NCBI GenBank assembly: GCA_045543615.1
Contig: JAZPXL010000005.1
Location: forward strand, 68,436-132,435
From: Eubacteriales bacterium
Lineage (GTDB): Bacteria; Bacillota; Clostridia; Oscillospirales; CAG-272
Length of the DNA stretch: 64,000 nucleotides
Direction of reading: 5' to 3'
Part shown: piece by piece, positions 55,655 to 64,000 of the stretch
How positions within the stretch are numbered: the stretch's first letter is position 1
Layout of the letters: each line of letters opens with the position of its first letter
Position numbers and translations under genes: made by a program
Notes under the pieces: model-generated
Database searches by the model: none
What the model saw: only the letters and a program-made list of their open reading frames with translations
Told to the model about the DNA's origin: nothing

Positions 55655-56792
55655 TTTGAGAAGAAGTCAGCGCAAAAACCGTCAGTGCGAAGCAACACAT
55701 TATTGACGCAAGAGCCACAGCCGCAATCAGATAACCATAAATAGACGCAACTTCCCTAAAAAATCGTACGCTCTCCCTAACACCGACCATCTCGCCTATT
55801 GCCGCCGCCGTATTGAGTGAAAGCCTGCAAAGCAATAGATCCACAAGTGTGGGCAGCAATATCATAAGTATCACGATAATGCCACCCACACCAACGGTAC
55901 TGCGCAATATCTTTACAGAGGTTGCAACCGTCCTGAGAGCCTCGCCAACGGTTGAGCCTACAACGGGAATAACGTTGCCTGCGACATATCGCACAGCCCT
56001 CGCCTTTGCGCTGTCCGCCGCCGCTGAGAGTATGCTCTGCGCCGAAAGTGCCGCCGTAAGCAAGGTACAGCACATTCCAAGCACATAGCCTACACTACGC
56101 TTGATTACAGCACATACGCCCGAAAGCGATCCTGTATCGCTACATCTCAAACAGTCCGACAAAGAGAGAGCAATACAAGCGCAGACGCCCGGAAGAACAA
56201 GTGCGCTGACGGCAAGCTCAAGAACGTTGAGCCAGAACACAAGTGTTGTGTTATTTGTTGCGGCTGCCGCTGCGTTTCCACCTGCCATATACAGCACTCC
56301 CATAAGTGGCAAAAGGGAGTTCATAATCGCTCCTATCCGTTTAAAATACTCAGCAGCAGACAAAAGCTTAGGCATTTGCATTGTTATCGTTGTAACACAA
56401 AGTGCAAGCGAGCTTGCATACCTGACCGCTCTCACCGTACTGCCACTACTGCCACTCACCACACTTCCAAGAACTGCGCAAAGCGCAACGAGCGCAAGTG
56501 ATGAGGCAAAGCTTTTAAGTGCGCCACCAAGCCCGTCCGAGATAAGTTCAAACAAATATCTGAGCAAATACTCACCCCGACTTATCTCAACAAGCGCATC
56601 ACCAACATCATCTGCATCCCCTGAGAAAAAGCCGTCGGGAAGAAGCTCCCTTACGTCCTCGGGTATTGCGTCAAGAAAGTCGCCGTATTCCTCAGGCAAG
56701 GTGTCTGCGCTTTTCTCCTCTCCAAAGACCACGAGAGCAAAAAAGCATACAAACAGAAGCAGAAACGTCAAAAACACTACGCCCCGTCTCAA
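55641..56792 (-). CDS. spoIIIAE: stage III sporulation protein AE
   Basis: 383 aa, signal peptide plus polytopic permease-like. TTG start overlapping the spoIIIAD stop, with GGAGG upstream. Confidence 0.85.
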   Translation of the reverse strand: MRRGVVFLTFLLLFVCFFALVVFGEEKSADTLPEEYGDFLDAIPEDVRELLPDGFFSGDADDVGDALVEISRGEYLLRYLFELISDGLGGALKSFASSLALVALCAVLGSVVSGSSGSTVRAVRYASSLALCVTTITMQMPKLLSAAEYFKRIGAIMNSLLPLMGVLYMAGGNAAAAATNNTTLVFWLNVLELAVSALVLPGVCACIALSLSDCLRCSDTGSLSGVCAVIKRSVGYVLGMCCTLLTAALSAQSILSAAADSAKARAVRYVAGNVIPVVGSTVGEALRTVATSVKILRSTVGVGGIIVILMILLPTLVDLLLCRLSLNTAAAIGEMVGVRESVRFFREVASIYGYLIAAVALASIMCCFALTVFALTSSQSGGL

Positions 56793-57193
56793 AACCCGGC
56801 CTCCGACAAAAGTCCTCTGACCGTTTCAAGTGCTGTACTTACAAGTGGCAAGGTCAGTATCACTATCTCAAGCTTACCCACATATTCAAGGCCACCTGCC
56901 ACCCCCTGTGCTCCCATATCCCTGCAAATATCTGCGCTTACCTTTGTCAACATCACAATTCCAAGCACACGCATTAGCGTAAGGGCTATGTCTCCCGAAA
57001 GTGGACTTGCATCCATCATCTCCACTATGTACTCAACCACTCCCTCTGCCATCGCAAGCGATGCTCCGACAAGCAACACAAAACCGCAAAGAGACAGAAC
57101 GCTTTCGTAATCTTTGTTTATATGTCGCATCACCACAAGCGAGATCGCAACTGCTATTGCAACTCCGCAAAGCTTAAATGTTGTACTGTCCAT
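56789..57193 (-). CDS. spoIIIAD: stage III sporulation protein AD
   Basis: About 134 aa and polytopic. ATG 57193 lies 1 nt after the spoIIIAC stop. The track GTG at 57214 would overlap spoIIIAC. Confidence 0.8.
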   Translation of the reverse strand: MDSTTFKLCGVAIAVAISLVVMRHINKDYESVLSLCGFVLLVGASLAMAEGVVEYIVEMMDASPLSGDIALTLMRVLGIVMLTKVSADICRDMGAQGVAGGLEYVGKLEIVILTLPLVSTALETVRGLLSEAGF

Positions 57194-57194
57194 C

Positions 57195-57389
57195 TCAAAA
57201 ACCAAAAATATCACGCACGGTGCTAAGTAGCGAACCTATATCATCAATAAGCATAAGCATTACTGCCACTATCCCGGCTACAACAAGCCACGTTACCTGC
57301 TCGTCCCGTCCTGTTTTCGATAGTATTTGCGTTGATACAGCCACTAAAATGCCAACGCCAAGAACCTTAAGCACCAAAGTTATATCCAT
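57195..57389 (-). CDS. spoIIIAC: stage III sporulation protein AC
   Basis: 64 aa with two TM helices. MDITLVLKVLGVGILVAVSTQILSKTGRDEQ is typical of SpoIIIAC. Confidence 0.88.
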   Translation of the reverse strand: MDITLVLKVLGVGILVAVSTQILSKTGRDEQVTWLVVAGIVAVMLMLIDDIGSLLSTVRDIFGF

Positions 57390-57403
57390 TTTTGTCTCCT
57401 ATT

Positions 57404-57919
57404 CTATAAAAGAAGTATCAATGCGGCAGCGGCAAGACAAAACAAAAGCACCGTTCTGCTTTTGTGCCGTTTAGGAAGCTGTTCGCGCATATGCGCACGG
57501 ATTTCGCAAAGAGTCGCCAAGCACTCGTCGCACGCCGCAACCTCCTCATCGTGATATGACGATCCAAGCTTTATGAGAAATCGTTCAAGTGCCTCTCCAC
57601 CGTCAGCAAAATATTCACTCTCCAACAGCCTCGCCCTCAGCTCGTCCTTGTCCTTTATCCGTCCACTCTCACCCTCGCAGCCGATAAATATTCCGTCCAA
57701 AATTCCTCTGTCGCATCTATAAAGAATATCTCCAAGTGGGGTCAGGTATCTGTCTATCTGCTCTCTTATATATTTAACAAAGCTGACAATAGCATCAATA
57801 CGAACAAGCTGTTCCCTCTGTCTTTGGTAGGAGAGATAGGAAATCGTGCAGACAGAGAAAAAGATCAAGAGTGCTCCTGCAAGCTTACAAATTACCGTTA
57901 AGGAAAGCAATATCAGCAT
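57404..57919 (-). CDS. spoIIIAB: stage III sporulation protein AB
   Basis: GspF-like protein. The start is uncertain (TTG 57952, ATG 57937 or ATG 57919). I chose 57919 because MLILLSLTV... matches the usual hydrophobic N-terminus. Confidence 0.75.
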   Translation of the reverse strand: MLILLSLTVICKLAGALLIFFSVCTISYLSYQRQREQLVRIDAIVSFVKYIREQIDRYLTPLGDILYRCDRGILDGIFIGCEGESGRIKDKDELRARLLESEYFADGGEALERFLIKLGSSYHDEEVAACDECLATLCEIRAHMREQLPKRHKSRTVLLFCLAAAALILLL

Positions 57920-58790
57920 CCTCTCTTTTACAAACATCGTATACAAAACCAAAGTTGCCCTGTCTTTTTATGCCGACATAAGCACCAAAACATCCACTTT
58001 TATGTAGAATACCAATGCCACTTTTGCCAAGCATCTCACCTACGCTTGCAGCGTGAGTTGTGGCTATGAGTGGCACTCCACAATTGTGGGCCGAGCGTAT
58101 AGCCTCTGCCTCAGAATAGGTGGATATTTCATCGCAGATAATAACCTCCGACCCAAGAGTTCTTGATGCAAGAGATATTCCTATCTCTTTTGGATAACCT
58201 GAAAGCAAATCAAGGCAAAGCGATGGGTTATCGAGCGAATAGGCAAGCTCTCCCCTTGTATCAACAACCGACACCCGTCTCGCTCTCTCACCTGTCGAAA
58301 GAAGTATTGCGAGCGAGCGCAGAAGCGTTGTTTTGCCCACACCCGGTGGTGCGTATAAGAGCACGCCCTTTGTATAATGCATACTTTCTATAAGCTCAAC
58401 GATCTCGCGCCCAAGTGGTGGAGACGGATGTGGTATTCTTATGATGAGCGAATCTATATCATAAACCCCACTGACTTTCCCTGATCTTGTAACTGCTCTT
58501 CCACAAATGCCAACTCTTATGCCATCACGGAGAGTTATATATCCCTCTGCTATCGTGTCTCTGTACGCATATACAGATCCCTCGCAAAGCCTGTTGAGCA
58601 TCTCGTCCATCTCGTTTCTTGTAAACACAGCTCCCGTCGGATTATTTCGCCCAAGACTTGTTAGGCTCACTCTTCTCCTTGCGTGTATGCGTATCTCTTC
58701 AACCCTCTCAAGTGTACCACTCACAGATAGTATTTCGTCACGCAAACGAAGTGGTATTGCCTGTCTTATTACAAATGGAATATCTGCCAT
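57885..58790 (-). CDS. spoIIIAA: stage III sporulation protein AA (secretion-type ATPase)
   Basis: Walker A motif in LLYAPPGVGKTTLLR. ATG 58790 has GAGAGG upstream. The track start at 58799 is GTG. Confidence 0.88.
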   Translation of the reverse strand: MADIPFVIRQAIPLRLRDEILSVSGTLERVEEIRIHARRRVSLTSLGRNNPTGAVFTRNEMDEMLNRLCEGSVYAYRDTIAEGYITLRDGIRVGICGRAVTRSGKVSGVYDIDSLIIRIPHPSPPLGREIVELIESMHYTKGVLLYAPPGVGKTTLLRSLAILLSTGERARRVSVVDTRGELAYSLDNPSLCLDLLSGYPKEIGISLASRTLGSEVIICDEISTYSEAEAIRSAHNCGVPLIATTHAASVGEMLGKSGIGILHKSGCFGAYVGIKRQGNFGFVYDVCKREDADIAFLNGNL

Positions 58791-58823
58791 ACCCCACACC
58801 TCTCTCGCTTTGCTCGATATTTG

Positions 58824-58852
58824 ATTATATTCGGAAGTTGTCCTTTTTATAC
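58824..58852 (-). promoter_or_regulatory. possible sigma-E-type promoter of the spoIIIA operon
   Basis: Minus strand reads GTATAAA (58852-58846), 14 nt, AATATAAT (58831-58824). This is only a loose match to the forespore/mother-cell consensus I recall. Confidence 0.25.
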
Positions 58853-58920
58853 CTTATTGCGCCATCGTTGCCCTCCACGACTCTGTGGGCGTTTAAATTA
58901 TAATAATATAATATATAATG

Positions 58921-58949
58921 TTGACTTTTGATAAATAAGGTGATATAAT
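58921..58949 (+). promoter_or_regulatory. sigma-A-type promoter of alaS
   Basis: TTGACT (58921-58926), 17 nt, TATAAT (58944-58949), 50 nt before the ATG. Confidence 0.55.
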
Positions 58950-58999
58950 TAAGTATCTATGTAACAAATGTATTTTTTCTATTTGAAAGGAATATTCTT

Positions 59000-61630
59000 A
59001 TGAAATGGACATCTCTTAACGATATTCGTGAGAAGTATCTTGCATTCTTTGAATCCAAGGGACATCTCCGTATGCCTTCCTTTTCTTTGATCCCGAACAA
59101 TGATAAATCTCTGCTCCTGATCAATTCAGGTATGGCCCCTATGAAGAAGTTTTTCACAGGCGAGGTTGAACCTCCGAGAAATCGTGTTACAACCTGTCAG
59201 AAGTGCATCAGAACTCCCGACCTTGAGCGTGTTGGTCACACAGCTCGTCACGGCACTTTCTTTGAAATGCTTGGAAACTTCTCCTTTGGTGACTACTTCA
59301 AGGAGCAGGCAATCTCTTGGGCGTGGGAATTTCTCACCGTAGAGCTCGAAATTCCTGCAAATCTTCTCTGGCCCTCCATCTATGAGGAGGACGAGGAGGC
59401 TTATCACATCTGGAAAGACATCATAGGCGTCCCCGAGGAGCATATTGTTAGACTCGGCAAGGCTGACAACTTCTGGGAGCACGGCACAGGTCCTTGCGGT
59501 CCTTGCTCCGAGATTTACTTTGACAGAGGCGAGAAGTACGGTTGTGGCTCTCCCGATTGCAAGCCCGGTTGTGAATGCGACAGATATATGGAAATCTGGA
59601 ACAATGTTTTCTCTCAGTTCAACAGCGACGGTAAGGGCAACTACACCGAGCTTGTTCAGAAGAATATTGACACAGGTATGGGACTTGAGCGTCTTGCTTG
59701 CGTAATGCAGGGCGTTGACAATATGTTTGAGGTTGACACTATTCGCAGTATCATCAACAAGGTATGCGAGATCTCAGGTCAGAATTATGGCGAGGACAAG
59801 GACAAGGATATCTCCATTCGTGTTATTACCGATCACGTTCGTAGCTCAATGTTTATGATCTCGGACAATGTTATTCCCTCAAACGAGGGACGTGGATATG
59901 TCCTTCGTCGAATTATTCGTCGTGCCTGCCGTCACGGTAAGCTTCTTGGAATCAACAACTCATTCCTTGTAAAAGTTGTTGAGGTTGCCATCGCTGAAAG
60001 CGAAGGCGCATACCCTGAGCTCTCCGAGCGTGCCGACTATATCAAGAAGATCCTCTCCATCGAGGAGGAGCGTTTTGATGCTACCATTGATGCAGGTCTT
60101 TCCATTCTCTCAAACCTCATCAGAGGCGCAATTGACAAGAATGCAGATACAATTTCCGGTGAGGAAGTGTTCAAGCTTTACGATACATTTGGATTCCCCA
60201 TTGACCTTACCCGTGAGATTGCAAGCGAAAGCAATCTCGGTATTGATGAGGAAGCCTTCAACGCTCTAATGCTTCGTCAGAAGAACCGTGCTCGTGAGGC
60301 ACGTGCCAATATCAGTGGTTGGAGCTCAAACACTAAGGCTCTTCTCTCTGACGTTCCCGCTACCGTTTTCACAGGCTACACCGAGTACAGAAGCGAGGCT
60401 ACGGTTCTTGCTATTATGAGCGATGACGAGTTTGTGCAGACTGTAAGTGAGGGCGACTGCACAATAATTCTCGACTGCACTCCCTTCTATGGCGAGGGTG
60501 GTGGACAGGTTGGTGACATAGGTACTATCTACGCAGACGGCAAGCTTGTAAATGTATATGACACAAAGAAATCCGACGGCGTTTTCATTCATCTCTGTAC
60601 CATTGTTGAGGGCAGCATCTCAGTTGGTGACAAGGTGATGGCTGACATCACAGACACACGCAGAAACGCTATCAAGCGCAACCACTCTGCAGCTCATCTG
60701 CTCCAGGCGGCACTTCGCAAGGTTCTCGGCTCACACGTTGAGCAATCGGGCTCATTTGTCAGCGACAAGATCTGCCGTTTCGACTTCAACCACTTCTCTG
60801 CTCTCACTCCCTCCGAGCTTTCTGCTGTTGAGTTTGCTGTTAACGCAGCAATTCTTGCTGATCTTGAGATCACAACAACCGAAACCGACCTTGAGAGCGC
60901 AAAGGCGGCTGGTGCAACTGCTCTCTTTGGCGAGAAGTATGGCAAGAGTGTTCGTATGGTAAAGATGGGCGATGTATCAACAGAGCTTTGTGGTGGTACA
61001 CATTGTGAGCGCACAGGTCAGCTTGGTCTGTTCAAGATCATCTCCGAGTCCTCTGTTGCCGCAGGTATTCGCCGTATTGAAGCTATCACAGGCACTGCAG
61101 TTCTTGAGTACATTTACGAAAGAAACAAGCTCATTGAGGACACAGCCCGTGAGCTTAAAACACAGAATCCTGCCGATATAGCAAAGAAAGCTGCTGCCAC
61201 AGTTGCAGAGCTTGCCTCAGCTAAGCACGAAATCGAAAGTCTCAACTCGAAGCTTGCCGCAACAAAGCTTGATTCCATTCTCTCATCTGCAAAGGCAGTT
61301 GGAGCAGTTTCTCTCTGCACAGCACGCTTTGACGGAATGGCAATTGAAGTAGCTCGCTCACTTGCAGACGAGATCAAGGCACGCCGTACTGATATGGTTG
61401 CTGTTCTTGCAGTTAACACAGACGGAAAGCTGAGCTTCATCACAGTTTGTGGTGCTGATGCAGTTAAATGTGGTGCTCACGCAGGACGCCTCGTCTCCTC
61501 CGTTGCAGCAGTTACAGGTGGCAAGGGTGGCGGCAGACCCGACAACGCAATGGCAGGTGGCCGTGATGCATCTCTCATTGATGACGCTCTCGCTTCAGCC
61601 GAGGCAACTCTCCTCTCTATGCTCAAATAA
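59000..61630 (+). CDS. alaS: alanine--tRNA ligase
   Basis: 876 aa with FFESKGH, FEMLGNFSFGDYFK, the editing-domain HSAAHLL and a C-terminal DHHA1-like GGGRPDNAMAGG. Confidence 0.97.
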   Translation: MKWTSLNDIREKYLAFFESKGHLRMPSFSLIPNNDKSLLLINSGMAPMKKFFTGEVEPPRNRVTTCQKCIRTPDLERVGHTARHGTFFEMLGNFSFGDYFKEQAISWAWEFLTVELEIPANLLWPSIYEEDEEAYHIWKDIIGVPEEHIVRLGKADNFWEHGTGPCGPCSEIYFDRGEKYGCGSPDCKPGCECDRYMEIWNNVFSQFNSDGKGNYTELVQKNIDTGMGLERLACVMQGVDNMFEVDTIRSIINKVCEISGQNYGEDKDKDISIRVITDHVRSSMFMISDNVIPSNEGRGYVLRRIIRRACRHGKLLGINNSFLVKVVEVAIAESEGAYPELSERADYIKKILSIEEERFDATIDAGLSILSNLIRGAIDKNADTISGEEVFKLYDTFGFPIDLTREIASESNLGIDEEAFNALMLRQKNRAREARANISGWSSNTKALLSDVPATVFTGYTEYRSEATVLAIMSDDEFVQTVSEGDCTIILDCTPFYGEGGGQVGDIGTIYADGKLVNVYDTKKSDGVFIHLCTIVEGSISVGDKVMADITDTRRNAIKRNHSAAHLLQAALRKVLGSHVEQSGSFVSDKICRFDFNHFSALTPSELSAVEFAVNAAILADLEITTTETDLESAKAAGATALFGEKYGKSVRMVKMGDVSTELCGGTHCERTGQLGLFKIISESSVAAGIRRIEAITGTAVLEYIYERNKLIEDTARELKTQNPADIAKKAAATVAELASAKHEIESLNSKLAATKLDSILSSAKAVGAVSLCTARFDGMAIEVARSLADEIKARRTDMVAVLAVNTDGKLSFITVCGADAVKCGAHAGRLVSSVAAVTGGKGGGRPDNAMAGGRDASLIDDALASAEATLLSMLK

Positions 61631-61653
61631 TAAGGTTTAAATATCATAAGCCC

Positions 61654-61688
61654 AAAAACAGCCTGACGGTTTTCGTCAGGCTGTTTTT
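61654..61688 (+). terminator. rho-independent terminator of alaS
   Basis: cagcctgacg-gtttt-cgtcaggctg followed by ttttt. Confidence 0.8.
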
Positions 61689-61694
61689 CCTATT

Positions 61695-61728
61695 CAAAAA
61701 AGCAACCCACCGCCGTGGCGGTGGGTTG
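61695..61728 (-). terminator. rho-independent terminator of the ABC permease operon
   Basis: caacccaccgcc-gt-ggcggtgggttg, followed on the minus strand by cttttttg. Confidence 0.75.
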
Positions 61729-61755
61729 AAATCTCTCTTAGAGATATGTTTGTGA

Positions 61756-62886
61756 TTAGTCTGCTGTAAGACCGGAACGCTCGATACCCTGTACAAGGAA
61801 GTTCTGGAGGAACGCGTACATAATAACAAGCGGGAAGATAATCATCAGACCACAAGTGTTTCTAATAGCCGAGTAGTAGAGGTTCTGTCCTGCGTAAGAT
61901 GTCTCAAGCGAGGTAGGAATGTCTACGATGTCGGGCATCAGGATTGTCTTGAACGATGTGAAGAAGAGCTCTGTGTAGAAGTCATCAGTCCACTGCCAAG
62001 AGAATGCGAACAGGAATACTGTAATCATCATCGGGATGGACAGAGGAAGGATGATCTGGATAAATGTACGGAATGTACCGGAACCATCGATGTACGCAGA
62101 TTCTTCAAGCTCGTTCGGAACACCCATAAAGAACTGACGAAGCATAAAGATGTAAAGTCCGTTCTTAAATCCAAGACCTGTAATCGAAAGAATGATAAGA
62201 GGCCAGTAGGTGTTGTTGAGGTTGATAGCACCGTCTTCGACGATACCCTTGATTACCTGGTTTTCACTCTCCGGGTCAAAGATATTGATCGAAGCGAGAA
62301 TGTTGTTGAGCCATTCAACTTCGCCAACAGTTGCGTTGCCCGAAAGCAGTTCTACAATTCCAAAGACATCAAAGAATCGGAAATTCATAAACATTGATAG
62401 CTGTATCGTCTGGTGTGGTATTACCATCGTAAGAATTACGCAGAGGAATACCAGGCTTGCGCCCTTGAACTTGAACTTTGCAAGTCCGTAAGCGATGAGA
62501 CAGCAGATGAATGTCTGAATAAGTGCTGTTGAAAGGGACAAAAGGAGTGTGTTACCGAATGCTTCAAAGTAGTTGTTCTCGAGGATGATGAATCTGTACA
62601 TATCGAGCGAGAATTCCTTAGGAATAAGCATAACGGTTACGTCAACAAAGTCGTTTCTACCCATAAATGAGCCTGCGATCTTTGTGTAGAAGGGGAAAAG
62701 GATGATGTAAGCGATACCAATCAGAAGAATGAGACGGAAAATGTACCAAATTACATTTCCAACAAAAGCAAGGTTAATAAACTTCGCTTTAAGTCTTTCC
62801 TTAAGCGGTGTACGCTCAAACTCAACTCTTATCTTGTTCTTAGTTTCTCTCTTGACTTTGGGAGACTGTGTCTGTTGTGCATTCAT
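61756..62886 (-). CDS. carbohydrate ABC transporter permease (MalG/BPD-type) with an N-terminal extension
   Basis: 376 aa and polytopic, with an EAA-like loop ELEESAYIDGSGTFRTFIQIILP. Confidence 0.85.
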   Translation of the reverse strand: MNAQQTQSPKVKRETKNKIRVEFERTPLKERLKAKFINLAFVGNVIWYIFRLILLIGIAYIILFPFYTKIAGSFMGRNDFVDVTVMLIPKEFSLDMYRFIILENNYFEAFGNTLLLSLSTALIQTFICCLIAYGLAKFKFKGASLVFLCVILTMVIPHQTIQLSMFMNFRFFDVFGIVELLSGNATVGEVEWLNNILASINIFDPESENQVIKGIVEDGAINLNNTYWPLIILSITGLGFKNGLYIFMLRQFFMGVPNELEESAYIDGSGTFRTFIQIILPLSIPMMITVFLFAFSWQWTDDFYTELFFTSFKTILMPDIVDIPTSLETSYAGQNLYYSAIRNTCGLMIIFPLVIMYAFLQNFLVQGIERSGLTAD

Positions 62887-62905
62887 TTAACTTTTCCTCC
62901 TTTCC

Positions 62906-63892
62906 TTAGTCCTTACGCTGATAGAATACGAACGCCGAGAAGATCGCCGCGATAACTGCAATAATCAGGATTACTATCAAGAAGTACATCCAAGACATTG
63001 CAGAGGAGATTTCCTGTCCGTTCGCCTCGGTATAAACCGAGGAAATGAACTTCATAACCGAGTTGGAGTCCGTTGTAAACGAGTCGATGATCGTATAGAT
63101 TGCGTTTACCAGGATCATCGGGCTTATCATTGGGAAGGTGATCTTCCAGAATGTTTCCCATCCTGTTGCGCCGTCTATCTGGCAGGATTCGTAAATTGCG
63201 GGAGAGATGGACTGAAGACCTGCAAGGAATATCAGCATCTGTACGCCTGAACGGTTTACGATGTCGTAAATATTGTTGATAGCTGTTACAACGTATTCAA
63301 CAATTTCAGTACCGACCTTCATATTGGCAAAGAGTCGCTCAATATCGATTGCCGATACGATCTCTGCCGCTGTTGAGCTGTCGGAACCGTCTGCGATACC
63401 TTCTGTATCTTCCATATATTCATCCATTACGTTCTGTGCATCGATGGACTCGATAAGACCGGTGGAAAGAATAACAGGGATGAAGAAGATCGCACGGAAT
63501 ACCGCACGTCCTACCATCTTCTGGTTGAGAAGTACAGCCATAAAGAGGGAGAACAGAATGATTGCGGGAATGTCGAAGGCCAGCTCCTGAATACCTGTCA
63601 GGAGTGTTCTTACGAAGTTGGGGTTTACGAAGAGAGCTTCATAGTAGTTTGCCCAACCGACAAACTCAATGGTAAAGCCTTCTCCGGAGATGATCTTGAT
63701 ATGGCTGAAGCTATATCTGATCGAGTCAAAAATCATAGGAAGATAGATCGCAATAAATCCGATAAGGAAGGGGAGTACAAATATCCAACCGGCACGAGCT
63801 TTCCTTCTATCGAGAGATGCGTGACTTCTTTTCTTGCGCTTCTGTGTCTTGGGCGCACTTACAGTATTATTCAACTGTGCGTTGTTTGTCAT
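62906..63892 (-). CDS. carbohydrate ABC transporter permease (MalF-type)
   Basis: Polytopic, with an EAA-like loop IYESCQIDGATGWETFWKITFP. ATG 63892 has GGAGG 8 nt upstream. The track GTG at 63901 abuts the RBS. Confidence 0.85.
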   Translation of the reverse strand: MTNNAQLNNTVSAPKTQKRKKRSHASLDRRKARAGWIFVLPFLIGFIAIYLPMIFDSIRYSFSHIKIISGEGFTIEFVGWANYYEALFVNPNFVRTLLTGIQELAFDIPAIILFSLFMAVLLNQKMVGRAVFRAIFFIPVILSTGLIESIDAQNVMDEYMEDTEGIADGSDSSTAAEIVSAIDIERLFANMKVGTEIVEYVVTAINNIYDIVNRSGVQMLIFLAGLQSISPAIYESCQIDGATGWETFWKITFPMISPMILVNAIYTIIDSFTTDSNSVMKFISSVYTEANGQEISSAMSWMYFLIVILIIAVIAAIFSAFVFYQRKD

Positions 63893-63908
63893 TTTTTGCA
63901 CCTCCTAA

Positions 63909-64000
63909 TTAAAACTGTGTTGTGAAGAACTTCGGTTCAGAGGAATCGGGCGATACTCTTACTCCACCGTAGCTGTCTACTGTGTAGGATACGCCTTCGT
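63909..64000 (-). CDS. 3' end of an upstream gene, probably the ABC solute-binding protein; partial
   Basis: The minus-strand frame is open from the window edge to TAA at 63911-63909 (...EGVSYTVDSYGGVRVSPDSSEPKFFTTQF). The function is inferred only from the usual SBP-permease-permease order. Confidence 0.45.
   Translation of the reverse strand, partial: EGVSYTVDSYGGVRVSPDSSEPKFFTTQF

Noticed and set aside
58830-58999. T-box leader upstream of alaS
   Set aside because: The predicted promoter leaves only about 50 nt of leader, far too short for a T-box (about 200-300 nt). I saw no specifier or terminator-antiterminator structure.

Overview
This is a 64-kb chromosomal segment from a spore-forming Firmicute. 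Gene content and order look Clostridia-like, and nearly all genes are on the minus strand. In coordinate order it contains: (1) a partial PHP-domain hydrolase that runs off the left edge and is missing from the ORF track. (2) A dcw division/cell-wall cluster, transcribed right to left as mraZ-rsmH-ftsL-pbp-murE-murF-mraY-ftsW-murG-ftsQ-ftsZ, with no murD or ftsA in their usual slots. (3) A CofE-like ligase. (4) A complete his operon headed by a TrpR-like gene (hisZGDCBHAF-IE plus PHP histidinol phosphatase). (5) About 20 kb of accessory-looking surface and secretome genes: repeat proteins, a 2681-aa vWA plus isopeptide-domain adhesin with an SPDTG sorting signal, LuxR-type and LytTR-type regulators, lipoproteins and a membrane-tethered lipase. 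(6) About 1.4 kb of non-coding DNA holding a lone tRNA-Gln, a duplicated promoter cassette and a 23-nt-period ladder of covarying hairpins, which is the most unusual thing I found. (7) A DUF3048 lipoprotein, tmcAL and ackA. (8) spoIIIAA-AH plus a translationally coupled P-loop ATPase. (9) alaS. (10) Sugar ABC permeases. I saw no CRISPR array, transposase, integrase or rRNA. Homology calls come from recognising motifs in the translations. No database search was possible.
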